From the NCBI GenBank assembly GCA_965198115.1, contig OZ240241.1:1792001-1856000 (forward strand): 64,000 bases of DNA, given 5' to 3'. The notes beneath the pieces were generated by a model. That model did not search any database. It was not told the DNA's origin and was given only the letters and a program-made list of their open reading frames with translations. A program made the position numbers and the translations under genes. This DNA comes from Candidatus Latescibacterota bacterium. Its GTDB lineage: Bacteria; Latescibacterota; UBA2968. Every line of letters begins with the position of its first letter. The first letter of the stretch is position 1. Below are positions 1-9,955 of this stretch, piece by piece.

Positions 1-111
1 GTGACGTGAACCGCCGTCCGACGCAACAACGGAGCGTCATCTGGATTCACCCTTGCCTTGTTCTGGATCGTGAGCGCGACCAGCGCACTGTACTCCGAGG
101 CGTGATTAATG

Positions 112-1530
112 GGCTATATCCGGATCTCTCAACGAGATGAAGTGGGTGAAGGTGCCGTGGTTCCTGGCATGGGGGCGCGGTTAGAGTGTGCGGAACCTCT
201 TCGGAATCTGCTCAGGGATGTTTATGTCTCCGACGGTAAGGAAGATCATATCGTTGAATGCGTCGAGTGTGCGGAATCCGCTGGCTCGGTTCTTGACGAT
301 TTGGACGATTCGGTTGAGGCCTTCGGCGATGGCGTTGGTAAGACGCGTGTTCACGAATGCGAGGACGCCGAAGAAGTGCTGTCGCAGGGTCCTGACGAAC
401 TTTCGCAGGGGTTCAAGTCGACTTCTGAGTGCGGACGTCGTCCAGCATTTCAGGAAGCGTTCGGCAGCCCAGGGCGCTTTGTATTCCCAGAACTGCTCGA
501 ACTCGTCCTTGAGTCTCCAGGCTCTATAGATTCGGTAGTTCGCCTTCTCCAGTGCTTTGAGTGTCCGAGTATCCCCTCTGGAGCGTGTCGCTGAGTGCCG
601 GTAGAGGAGCCATCGGAGGCCCTTCATGGCTTTGCCTCATCCGGGGCAGCTTTACGCCACTGGTCCTTACGGACCTCGTCAACGGCGACATTGAGAGCCT
701 TGACGATGTGAAAGCGATCGAGGACCAGCTTGGCATTCGGACAGTGTTCCTGGATGGCTCCGATGTAAGCTTCGCTCATGTCGCAGCAGGCCCACTCGAT
801 CTTGGATCTCCGGTAGGGACTGAGAGCCTCTGTGAAGAACCGATCGATCGTTTTACGCGCCCTGCCGCGGCCAACCCACACCACGCAGGAGCGGTCCAGA
901 TCGTAAACGAGCGTGGCGTACCTGTGACGCTTGGCGTAGGAGATCTCGTCGATCCCGATGGTTTTGAGCCCTCGGATACGATGACCTTCACGAAGCCGCG
1001 TGATGGATCGGTGAAGGAGATCCGACAGCGTCGAGGCAGAGATGCGCAGCAACTCGGACGCCGCCTTCTGCGTCATGGTCTGGCAGTAGCGCAGCATGGC
1101 ATACTCGAAGCGATACGTCACCCGAGAGAACCGCTCCGCCCACGGAATCTCCTCGACCACACGACCGTGGGTAGGACACCGAATCTCCCGAGGATGGTAG
1201 AGAAGCCAGACCCTCCACCCGCACACCGGAATGTCACGCCACCGACGCGGATGGGGCATTGTGCGGACGATTTTACCTCGACGGCCGCACTCCGGACAAC
1301 AACAACCATTCTTATGGGGCTTTACGGCGATGACGAACCAGCTTCTCCCCTCAAACCACCAGCTGACAACACGGAACCCCTTGAATCTCAGCAGTTTCGA
1401 TAGTAATCTGCTCCCGGTCATAGGTCGCACCCCCTTCGCTTTGATTGTCCTACACACACAACCAAGCGTAGGGAACGATCTATGACCTTGTCATTCTATA
1501 GTTTCACCGTTGAGAAACCCGGATAGAGCC
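112..1530 (-). mobile_element. ISL3-family insertion sequence, copy 1 (1419 bp)
   Basis: Imperfect terminal IRs GGCTATATCCGGATCTCTCAACG / GGCTCTATCCGGGTTTCTCAACG; perfect 8-bp TSD GATTAATG at 104-111 and 1531-1538; near-identical inverted copy at 16100-17518. Confidence 0.95.
181..1457 (-). CDS. ISL3 transposase split into two frames (624-1457 and 181-627, ATGA overlap)
   Basis: Zinc finger CPECG...CPTHG and DDE motifs IGIDE, CDMS, DRFHIV, TNAIAEGLN. Confidence 0.92.
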
Positions 1531-1906
1531 GATTAATGCTGGTCGCGATGTAGATCGCCCCCGCAGAGAGCGTCGGGCCGATTCCATAGAGGAACACGAC
1601 CGAAAGAAGGAAGAGGATCTTCGGGAAACTGGCCTTCTGGGGTGAGCGAAGTTCGTGCATCAACAGTAGCCAGCCCGGCGTGATGCAGCTCAGGTCCACA
1701 CCGGGTCCGATCACCCAACGGCTCTGGGCATTCCTGACCGGGGTCCTCGAGGTCGTATCAGGTGTGGGTGAGCTTGACATTTCAGAGCGTGGGTCGAGCG
1801 ACAAAGTCCCCAGGGGCGGACAGCAAAATAAGACGGACCATCTCTGGCTGCCATCGGGAATTCCCACGATCCAGCCATGCATCTCGTGATCTTACCGTCG
1901 GATTGG

Positions 1907-2812
1907 TCAGGCCCAGAGGAGCAGGACCAGGATCCCCGCTACAACAAGGAAAATACCGGCGATCTCCGTTCCTTCGACCCTCTCGCGAAAGAACGCGAGG
2001 GAGGAAAGAAAGGCGAAAAGGAGCTCGACCTGCCCGACCGCTCTCACGTGAGCGGCATTTTGGATCGTCATAGCCGTGAACCAGCCGGAGGAAGCCAGCA
2101 TGCCGGCCAACCCGACCGCGCCAGCGACTTTCCACGATCCAACGACCGCTGTCAGCTGGCCCGGCTCCATCAGATATAGATAACCACCCATCGCGGAAGC
2201 CTGCAGCAAAAGCACAACTCCGAGCGTACACGCAGCAGACAGGACAAAGCCGGTACCAAGGGACAGGCTTGCAGCACGATAGCACACAGCGGAGAGGCCA
2301 AAGGTGGCCCCACAGGCGATTCCGATACCCGCCGTCCTGTGAAAGACGGAAGAAAGGAGATCTCGGACGCCGACATCCTGATGTGCAATGGCCAGGAGCA
2401 TCACACCCACGAGGCTCACGACGATGGCCACGAGGGCCCAAATCGTAATCGGGTCCGAAAGGACGAGCATCCCGACGACGGCGGCCTGGATCGTTTCCGT
2501 CTTCGAATAGGCTGTCCCGACAACGAAGTTTCTAAATGAAAAGAGATGAATCAGAAGAGCGGTACCGACAATTTGCGCAGCCCCACCCAGCACAACGAAC
2601 CCGATGAACCGTCTGTTTAATTCGGGGAATTCGAGGCCGACTCCGTGTTTCAGTATTGCCAGATAGATCAGCACGAACGGAACGGCGTAGAAAAACCGAA
2701 CATACGTGGCACCCGCCGTGCTCAACGTGCCCTTCAAATGTTTCTGCAACGAAGACCGGATGTTTTGGAACAGAGCCGCGGCGATGGTGATTGGAACCCA
2801 TACCTCTAGCAA
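1907..2812 (-). CDS. DMT/EamA family transporter
   Basis: 301 aa, about 10 hydrophobic helices, FSFRNFVVGTAYSKTE and VRAVGQVELLF motifs. Confidence 0.88.
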   Translation of the reverse strand: MLEVWVPITIAAALFQNIRSSLQKHLKGTLSTAGATYVRFFYAVPFVLIYLAILKHGVGLEFPELNRRFIGFVVLGGAAQIVGTALLIHLFSFRNFVVGTAYSKTETIQAAVVGMLVLSDPITIWALVAIVVSLVGVMLLAIAHQDVGVRDLLSSVFHRTAGIGIACGATFGLSAVCYRAASLSLGTGFVLSAACTLGVVLLLQASAMGGYLYLMEPGQLTAVVGSWKVAGAVGLAGMLASSGWFTAMTIQNAAHVRAVGQVELLFAFLSSLAFFRERVEGTEIAGIFLVVAGILVLLLWA

Positions 2813-2863
2813 CGGTTACCGATCTCGCTTTCCGGGCGGGCAGTAAATGCAAACTGGGGTTGG

Positions 2864-3712
2864 TTATAGCTTCGCGTAGTGTTCCCAGTGACGGTTTACA
2901 TCGGATGAATCGAGTGTGCCGTTGTGGAGAACCATGCGATACCGATGGGTCATCGTCTCCTTGGCGGTCAGATCGACGGGGCCGGGGATGCACGGCGCCG
3001 GGTTGATGCCGCGCTGGCCGTCGACGCGCCAGTGAGCGGGGTGGCGTGGGTTTTCGGGGTGATCCAGGAAAGCGATTCCAGCGGTCACGTCACCCCGATT
3101 GACCAGCATCGTCAGATGCACCCATCTGGCCGGCTGCTGCTCCGTATCATCTTCTTCCTGGCCCTCTGAATTAATCACGTGCGAGGTCCGATCATCTCGA
3201 AACGGCATGCGCACGAAGAACCCCCCGTAGGCACCTTGCTCGATGTGGATTTCGGGAATCGCCTCGATCGTCCACCCCAGATCCAGATAGAGCACGTCAT
3301 CGTTCGGCGAGAGCGACCACGTCTGATTCTCCGTCAGCAACTTGGTGCCGTCCTCGTGCCGCCAGAGGGCGTCGATGGACCACTGTGGTGGATCGTCCTT
3401 CAGCACGCTCGGCGTCGTCGGCTCGATCGTTCCGATCACTGCGTTTGACTTTTGTCCTGGATCGAACCAGAAATCGCAGCCATTCACGCCGTGATAGCCG
3501 GTCTGAACACCGTGCTGCCACGGGTGGTGCCACGGACTATCCTCCGTCAAACAGGACTGTCCGTCAGGCCCGCGCAAGGGATGAATATAGGGACGAAGGC
3601 CAGGGCGAGCATTATGCTGAAGCACATTGCGACCCCACTCGGTTTCATCGATAAACAGACAGCTGTTCGCAACTTTCAACTTCCATCGTGACAAACGCAA
3701 TCTCCAGGTCAT
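2864..3712 (-). CDS. DUF6807 / 'PmoA-like' family protein
   Basis: RPYIHPL, DSPWHHPWQHG, DFW, YGGFFVR and DHPENP motifs; start could be 3745. Confidence 0.75.
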   Translation of the reverse strand: MTWRLRLSRWKLKVANSCLFIDETEWGRNVLQHNARPGLRPYIHPLRGPDGQSCLTEDSPWHHPWQHGVQTGYHGVNGCDFWFDPGQKSNAVIGTIEPTTPSVLKDDPPQWSIDALWRHEDGTKLLTENQTWSLSPNDDVLYLDLGWTIEAIPEIHIEQGAYGGFFVRMPFRDDRTSHVINSEGQEEDDTEQQPARWVHLTMLVNRGDVTAGIAFLDHPENPRHPAHWRVDGQRGINPAPCIPGPVDLTAKETMTHRYRMVLHNGTLDSSDVNRHWEHYAKL

Positions 3713-4885
3713 GCACTCACGCGAAGATGTCGTCTCGGGCCCCAATATAAGAGGTCAGTTCGTCTGTCGATGGCCCGATTTGATGTAGATCTGCTCGTGA
3801 AAGAGCGGCCGGCTCCACCCACGATATGCGTTGTCGGTCGCCTTGTCCTCAGGCACGTTCCCCAGGCGCGTGCTGGCGCCCCACACGGGATACGCGAACC
3901 CCACGATCAGGATCGGGATATTCTGCGTATGCAGATCACGAATCCGCGTCATGAATCCGTGCACGGCCGCTGTGTCGACCGTCGTCAGGATGCCATCGAT
4001 CATCCGCGTGGCTTCGGCCAGCCACTCCGGCCCTTCTCTGTAGGCCATCCTGTGCCACGTCGGGAAGTGCGGACCGGTCGTTCCCCAGGCATACATGTTG
4101 ACGGATGCGTCTTCCTGATACTGTTCGGTCCAGAGGATCTCGAACTCCCCTCGTGCTCGCCGTTGATGCGTCATGTTCGGCAATATCACGTTCAGATGAA
4201 CGTTAATGTCCACCTCTGCCCAGTATTCGGCCGCAAGCTGACACACATCCGTTCCGTGTCCACCGGGCGGAACGTCAATCATCAATGTAAATGGAGACCC
4301 GTCGTCGAGCTCGCGCACGCCATCCCCGTTGGAGTCGGCATAGCCCGCTTCGTCCAGCATCTGCCGGGACAGTTCCGGGTCGAAGGTTGAATACATCTTC
4401 GTCAGTGGCTCTGAATAGTATCGACTCCCGGGACCGAACGTGAAACCGGATGGGATGAGCATCCCCTTATACACGATTTCGGCGATCTCCTCCCGGTTGA
4501 GTGCGTGTGAAAGAGCGACACGCACACGCTTGTCCCTAATAGCGCGTCTCAACGCCGGCCGCGACGTATCCCAGTTGAGCCGGAATGCGGAAGCCGGGGT
4601 TGGGGTCGCGAAGTGAAGTTCGTAGGTGCCCTTAGGTTCGTTCGCCTTCAACGTCGGGAGCATGCTGATCTGTGAATAGCGCCCGAACAGATCGATCTCG
4701 CCATTGATGAACTTAAGTAGAATGACCTGTCGCTCGGGAATGATGTGAAACACGAGTCGGTCGGCGTAAGGCAGCTGGTTTCCTGCGGAGTCGATTTTGA
4801 AGTAATACGGATTCCGCTCGTAGACCACCCGCTGGTCGTGCTCCCACTCGACGGGCACCCACGGCGACATTCGAGGGATGCCCGG

Positions 4886-5525
4886 AGTCATGACCTCCGG
4901 CAAAGCCGGAGGCTTGAAAACTTGTGAACCGCTCAAAGCGGTTGGAAACCAAGCGCCACCTAAAGGTGGCGATTACCTGAAAATGTTGAGCTGGTCGAGA
5001 CTCAGGTCCTCCCGCTCCTGGTTCTGGATATACTCCCGAACCGTCTGTTCATCCTTGCCAACGGTGGAGACCCAGTAGCCTCTTGCCCAGAAATGCTGCC
5101 CGGTGAAGTTCGACCTACGTCCCAGATAGTTCCGAGCAATGTGAATCGCACTCTTTCCTTTGATGAACCCTACCGTCTGAGCTACTGAGTGCTTCGGCGG
5201 GATCGAAATCAGCATGTGCACATGGTCGGATCGCAGGTGACCCTCTTCCACACGGCATTCCTTCTGTGCGGCCAGATCCCGAATCACCTCGCCCAGATAG
5301 CGACGAATTTCACCATACAACACTTTTCTACGATACTTCCGAACCCAAACAACGTCATACTTGCACTCCCATACCGTGTGACGTAGACTCCTTACGTTGT
5401 TCATTAGAGAGCCTTCCTTCCGTGTGCTTTGAGCGGTCCACGGCAAGGGAGGCTCTTACATATTTCTGGAACTGTCAAACTCTGGGAGTCTCCCCGGCAG
5501 AGCCGGGGGCTTACCAAGGTTTAGT
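4886..5525 (-). mobile_element. IS200/IS605-family element (tnpA only)
   Basis: Subterminal hairpins at 4894-4912, 4927-4943, 4954-4971 and 5492-5508; no terminal IR; interrupts the SBP gene. Confidence 0.9.
4973..5404 (-). CDS. tnpA: Y1 HUH transposase TnpA
   Basis: KYRRKVLYG, HUH motif DHVHML, FWARGY, catalytic YIQNQ. Confidence 0.93.
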   Translation of the reverse strand: MNNVRSLRHTVWECKYDVVWVRKYRRKVLYGEIRRYLGEVIRDLAAQKECRVEEGHLRSDHVHMLISIPPKHSVAQTVGFIKGKSAIHIARNYLGRRSNFTGQHFWARGYWVSTVGKDEQTVREYIQNQEREDLSLDQLNIFR

Positions 5526-6314
5526 TAGGATCCGCTTCGCCCGGGTCGTCACGTCCCTCAGGATTTCATAGGTCGACTCAGGATTGTAACGTGGGTGATA
5601 ACGAGCGAAGATGTGCTTCGGTAGCGAAATGTAATCCTGACTCAGATTGTGGAGGATCCCGCCAAGCGGTTTGTGCGATCTGAAGCGGATCGTGTGGTCA
5701 TCGATTCTCTCCATCTCGATGGGCTCACCCTCGACCAGATACTGGGTCGGAAAAAGCGGACTTCGCCGAGCATCAGGATCCGCCCACATGTCATAGTACC
5801 AGAATAGAATGTCATCGACCGTGAAAGGCACGCCATCCGACCACCTGAGCCCCTTTCGCAACCTGAAAATGGCCTCTTTGCCATCCCCCAAGAAGGTGTG
5901 GCTCTCCGCCAGGTTGTGAAGAATCCGATGGGGCAAAGGCCGCTCGTAACCCATCAGATTCTCACTTAGCGTTTTGCTGATGCCGGAAACCTGGACGACC
6001 TCTCCCGTCAACGCCCGGTTGATCGTACCGCCATACTGCCCGATCTCATCGAGCGGTACGACGACCAGAGGGTTTTCCGGAAGTCGCTCGGATACCGGTG
6101 GGAGCTGACCCTTGATGACTCGTTCGGCCAGCATCGGGGCTTCGTTGAAGGCTCTGTTGGCGAGAATTTCAGGATCGATCTTCAGGGGGGCCGATGTCTT
6201 CTGTGTGCGAGAACCGGCGGTCTCAGGGCCGACTTCCGTCCTCATCGCCTCCCTCGTGGGGTCGTCCGCCAGACATCCGCAAAGGAGTAGTAAATGCAGA
6301 GGAGGGCGCTTCAT

Positions 6315-7640
6315 CTGATCAAAAGGAGCGTAGCCGGGCTTTCCCGAATACCAGGGCTCGCCACAGAGGTTGGTGACGACGGCCCACTCCCCTTCTGTCA
6401 GATGCGTGTGGCTGTGATAGAGGAACCGCTCGAGCCCAGCTTCTCGAGCAGCCGTCAGATATCGATGTAGATCCCCGGCCGAAATCGGGTCTCCGTGATG
6501 GGGTTCGCGACCCGCTTCGACCCAGGGGATCACGCTGTCGGGAGTTGTCGACGCGGCCAGCATCCGACGAACTTCGGTCGGGACAAAGGTCTCGAAGAAT
6601 TCGGGTGGAAAACCCATCTCCAGGTCGAGCCTCGACCGCACCCACGGCAGCTGGATCCCAAATAGCCCCTCTACCACTTTCATCGCGTGGGCGTCGCTCA
6701 GTCCGGGGTTCCAGGCGGTGAGCGTCTGGATGTACCGTCCGACGGTTCCGTAAAAACCGTCGAACCCGCGATGGAAGAAATACAGCTTGGGCAGGATGAA
6801 ACTGTAGAGATCGGCCATCACGGCCAGATCGTAGCCGTTGAGCGGGGTGAAGCACGGGAGACGTGACCCGACACCGATGCGGACCGTTCGCGGCATCTGC
6901 TCGAAAGCTTGGTGCTGACGTCGGTAATAGTCCATTAACAGCGCGCGTCTGAATGCGAACCAACCCACAAGGTCAACATCACTGTCCAGCAGTTCGAACG
7001 TGCCGAGGAACCCACCCTCCGATCGCAGATCGATCTCCGTCGGATTCAGATCGTGCAGCTTCCTCTCGAATCGATCACGCGCGGCAACCATCGCGTCAAA
7101 GTCGAACCCGAGATCGGTCGCTGCCGATCGCAATGTATCGGGCGTATCCTCGAAGATGTTCGAGCGATGACCTGGCGTGATTTCATAGCCGAGCTCCGGT
7201 CCGTCCAGCACGCCACCGTCGACCATCGGATAGGCTTCCATCACGTCGCGAATCCGGGCAACGCGAGCGGCCAACGATCGGTCGTCAACCAGCGGATGTC
7301 CCTCACCACCGGACCCCTGCCCCGCATCCGGACTGAACACGAAAAGACCCAGGCCACGCTCTTTTGCGTTCGTCAGCGCAGCCTCGAGCAGCTTCCGTCT
7401 CTCGGGATGAGTTTCATCCGGCGAAACTGGTGGCTCGACGTCCATTTCGCGGTAAATCGCGGGGTTGGGATCGAACGTCGCTGGCGTTCCCCTCTCCCCG
7501 ACAAAGAGCAACCGACCGAACACGATGCCGGTCACGCCACCCGCCTGCCAACCGTCGAAAACCCGCTCATAGCCCTCAATGACGGGCTCGAGCGGCTGAC
7601 CGAAACGCATCCAGAGAGAGAGTTTGTCTACGATCGACAT
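6315..7640 (-). CDS. Hypothetical protein (possible TIM-barrel/glycoside hydrolase-like fold), in frame with the downstream SBP
   Basis: First 442 codons of ORF 5511-7640; DGGVLDGPELGYEI motif; no stop before the SBP start. Confidence 0.55.
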
Positions 7641-7744
7641 AGGACCTGTTAGATGCCTGTCAAATGTCCATTCGTCAATCAGAATTCGCTTTTCTGCGAG
7701 GACGGGATAGGATAGAATAGCGATAGACGGTATGGAGTTCCGTT

Positions 7745-7799
7745 GTCATCCCTGTGGTCTTATGAGCTGCCTGTCCTGAGCTTGTCGAAGGGGGATCCA
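7745..7799. repeat. REP-like intergenic element
   Basis: GTCATCCC...GGGGATCCA outer arms enclosing CCTGTCCTGAGCTTGTCGAAGG; single copy in this window. Confidence 0.45.
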
Positions 7800-7898
7800 T
7801 TTTCCGCCCCTCCAGAGGAGAAACGGGGGCAAAATGGGCCCCGGCTAAGAAGCGCACCGGGGTGACATTGCTTCGCTCGCCTGAACCAACATACCAAC

Positions 7899-8714
7899 GT
7901 GCAAGACTTCATCTCCCATTTTGCAACGATGCCGATGTGGCAGCGGCTTGTCGTCGTGCTCGGCTGTCTGGCGTTGAGCTGGCTGCTCGAATCGAGTGCG
8001 CCGCTCGCGCGCTTCGGCTACAGCAAGTGGAGACACGCTGTCGTCAACCTGGTCTTCCTGCTGACGTCGATCGTCGTCAGTGTCTCGTTTGGCCTGATCG
8101 CCTACGGCGTCCTCGAGCTACAGAAACTCGAAGTGGGGCTCCTTCAATTCGTGGCACTTCCAGGCTGGGCTCAGCTCGTTGTCTCCCTCCTCGTGCTCGA
8201 CTTCCTCGCCCAGTACTGTTCGCACGCGATTCTGCATCGGTATTCTATTCTGTGGAAGTGGCACATGGTTCACCACAGCGACACGACGGTCGACGCGACG
8301 AGCGGAACGCGTCATCACCCCGGCGATTTTCTCTGGCGTGAGCTCTTTTCGCTCCTGGCAATTCTCGCAACCGGCATGCCGTTCGCGTTCTACGCGTTTT
8401 ATCGCGTCCTGATCACGCCCTTCTTCACCTATCTCACCCACGCCAATGTCCGCGTGCCCACGTGGCTCGACTGGCCGCTGTCCTGGGTCTTCGTGACGCC
8501 GAACTTGCACAAGTTCCACCATCACTTCGAACAACCCTGGACCAACACCAACTACGGAGGGGTTCTCTCGATCTGGGATCGCATTTTCGGTACCTTCGTC
8601 TACGGTGATCCGGCGGATGTGCGGTATGGGTTGGATGTGTTGGACGAAGCACGGGATCAGGATCTGGTGTATCAATTCGGTATCCCCTTCAACAAAGCCA
8701 TCAGCACTGACTGA
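7899..8714 (+). CDS. Sterol desaturase / fatty acid hydroxylase family protein
   Basis: His boxes HAILH, HMVHH, RHHP, HAN, HKFHH and TNYG..LSIWDRIFGT. Confidence 0.92.
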   Translation: MQDFISHFATMPMWQRLVVVLGCLALSWLLESSAPLARFGYSKWRHAVVNLVFLLTSIVVSVSFGLIAYGVLELQKLEVGLLQFVALPGWAQLVVSLLVLDFLAQYCSHAILHRYSILWKWHMVHHSDTTVDATSGTRHHPGDFLWRELFSLLAILATGMPFAFYAFYRVLITPFFTYLTHANVRVPTWLDWPLSWVFVTPNLHKFHHHFEQPWTNTNYGGVLSIWDRIFGTFVYGDPADVRYGLDVLDEARDQDLVYQFGIPFNKAISTD

Positions 8715-8758
8715 CATCAGGAGGCATGCGCAGTGATTGATACTCGGACTGGTTTAAG

Positions 8759-9931
8759 GTGAACATTCATAAACGTTTCCCGAGCGTCGCCGACCTGGAA
8801 GCGGCTGCCCTGCCTCGATTGCCGAAGTTCGTTCGCGAATACCTGACGGGAGGCCTGGGCACCGGAACCGGGGTACGAAAAAATCGCCAGGCATTGAACG
8901 AGGTCGAACTCATGCCTCGCTACCTGGCGGAAGCCGACCAGCCGGACATGCGGTGCCGGTTGATGGGTCGCGAATACGGCGCTCCGTTCGGCGTTGCCCC
9001 CGTCGGCTTGTCCGGTCTGATCTGGGCTAACACCGAGGCCATCCTGGCGGAGGCCGCGCGAGACCATCAGGTCCCCTACACGCTGAGCACCGTCTCCAAC
9101 ATCACGTTGGAGGAAACACGGAAACTGACTGGCGAGATGGGTTGGTTTCAGCTCTACACGCCGAAAGACGAAGCGATGCGCAGCGATATCCTGGCGCGCT
9201 GCGAACAAACGGGATACGACACCCTCATCGTCACGGTCGACGTCCCTTACCAGACCCGTCGCGAACACGACATCCGCAACGGGCTCTCGGTACCTCCTCA
9301 ATTCGATCTGAAGACCGTCTGGCAGATGGTCACCCATCCACCCTGGGCACTGCGCATGTTCCGGTCTGGCGTGCCCCAGTTCGCGAACCTCGCGCATTAC
9401 CAGGAAAAGGTCACGTCTCGCAGCAAAACCAAGCAAATCGAAGCGACCGCCAGATTCATCGCCGAGCGGATGGGACTGCACATCACCCGCGAGGTTTTCG
9501 GGGACATCCGAGAACAATGGTCGGGAAAGCTGCTGGTCAAAGGCGTGCTCGACCCGCAGGAGGCCATCGATTATCTCGACATCGGCGCGGATGGAATCAT
9601 CATTTCGAATCACGGCGGGCGGCAGCTCGATGCTGCACCGGGTGTTGCCAGCATCGTACCGCAAATTCGAGCGGCTGTCGGTCCGGACGCAACCCTGCTC
9701 GTGGATGGAGGTGTCCGATCCGGCCTGGACATCGCCCGAATGATCGCTCTCGGAGCGAACCTCGTGATGATGGGGCGACCCTTCATGTACGCAGTAGCCG
9801 CCCTCGACCGGCTGGGAGGAGATCACATCATGAACATCCTCAAAGCCGAGCTGCAATCGACGATGGGACAGCTGGGGTGTGCGACGATTGGGGAGTTACC
9901 GGAGCGGCTGGTTGTGAATGGGAGGGTCTGA
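8759..9931 (+). CDS. FMN-dependent alpha-hydroxy acid oxidase/dehydrogenase (LldD-like)
   Basis: WFQLY, VTVDVP, VKG, SNHGGRQLD, DGGVRSGLD, GRPF. Confidence 0.93.
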   Translation: MNIHKRFPSVADLEAAALPRLPKFVREYLTGGLGTGTGVRKNRQALNEVELMPRYLAEADQPDMRCRLMGREYGAPFGVAPVGLSGLIWANTEAILAEAARDHQVPYTLSTVSNITLEETRKLTGEMGWFQLYTPKDEAMRSDILARCEQTGYDTLIVTVDVPYQTRREHDIRNGLSVPPQFDLKTVWQMVTHPPWALRMFRSGVPQFANLAHYQEKVTSRSKTKQIEATARFIAERMGLHITREVFGDIREQWSGKLLVKGVLDPQEAIDYLDIGADGIIISNHGGRQLDAAPGVASIVPQIRAAVGPDATLLVDGGVRSGLDIARMIALGANLVMMGRPFMYAVAALDRLGGDHIMNILKAELQSTMGQLGCATIGELPERLVVNGRV

Positions 9932-9955
9932 TGGGACGCACGGGGCACCAAATCC

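Larger units (their letters stand above)
1..1780 (-). pseudogene. Membrane protein interrupted by ISL3 copy 1 (runs off window edge)
   Basis: Removing the IS plus one TSD rejoins ...AIYIATSIN to HASEYSALVALTIQNK... in frame; hydrophobic segments. Confidence 0.6.
3755..6314 (-). pseudogene. ABC transporter substrate-binding lipoprotein (family 5) interrupted by an IS200-type element
   Basis: LPPVSERLPENP, LRKGLRWSDG.PFTVDD in the 5' part and ERNPYYFKIDSAGNQLPY in the 3' part; signal-like MKRPPLHLLLLCGC; IS removal restores ...KRILT-PGIPRMSPW. Confidence 0.88.

Noticed and set aside
2864-3745. Particulate methane monooxygenase subunit
   Set aside because: Soluble DUF6807-type protein with no TM helices and no pmoCB
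4886-5525. TnpB/IscB RNA-guided nuclease locus
   Set aside because: The element is about 640 bp and encodes only TnpA
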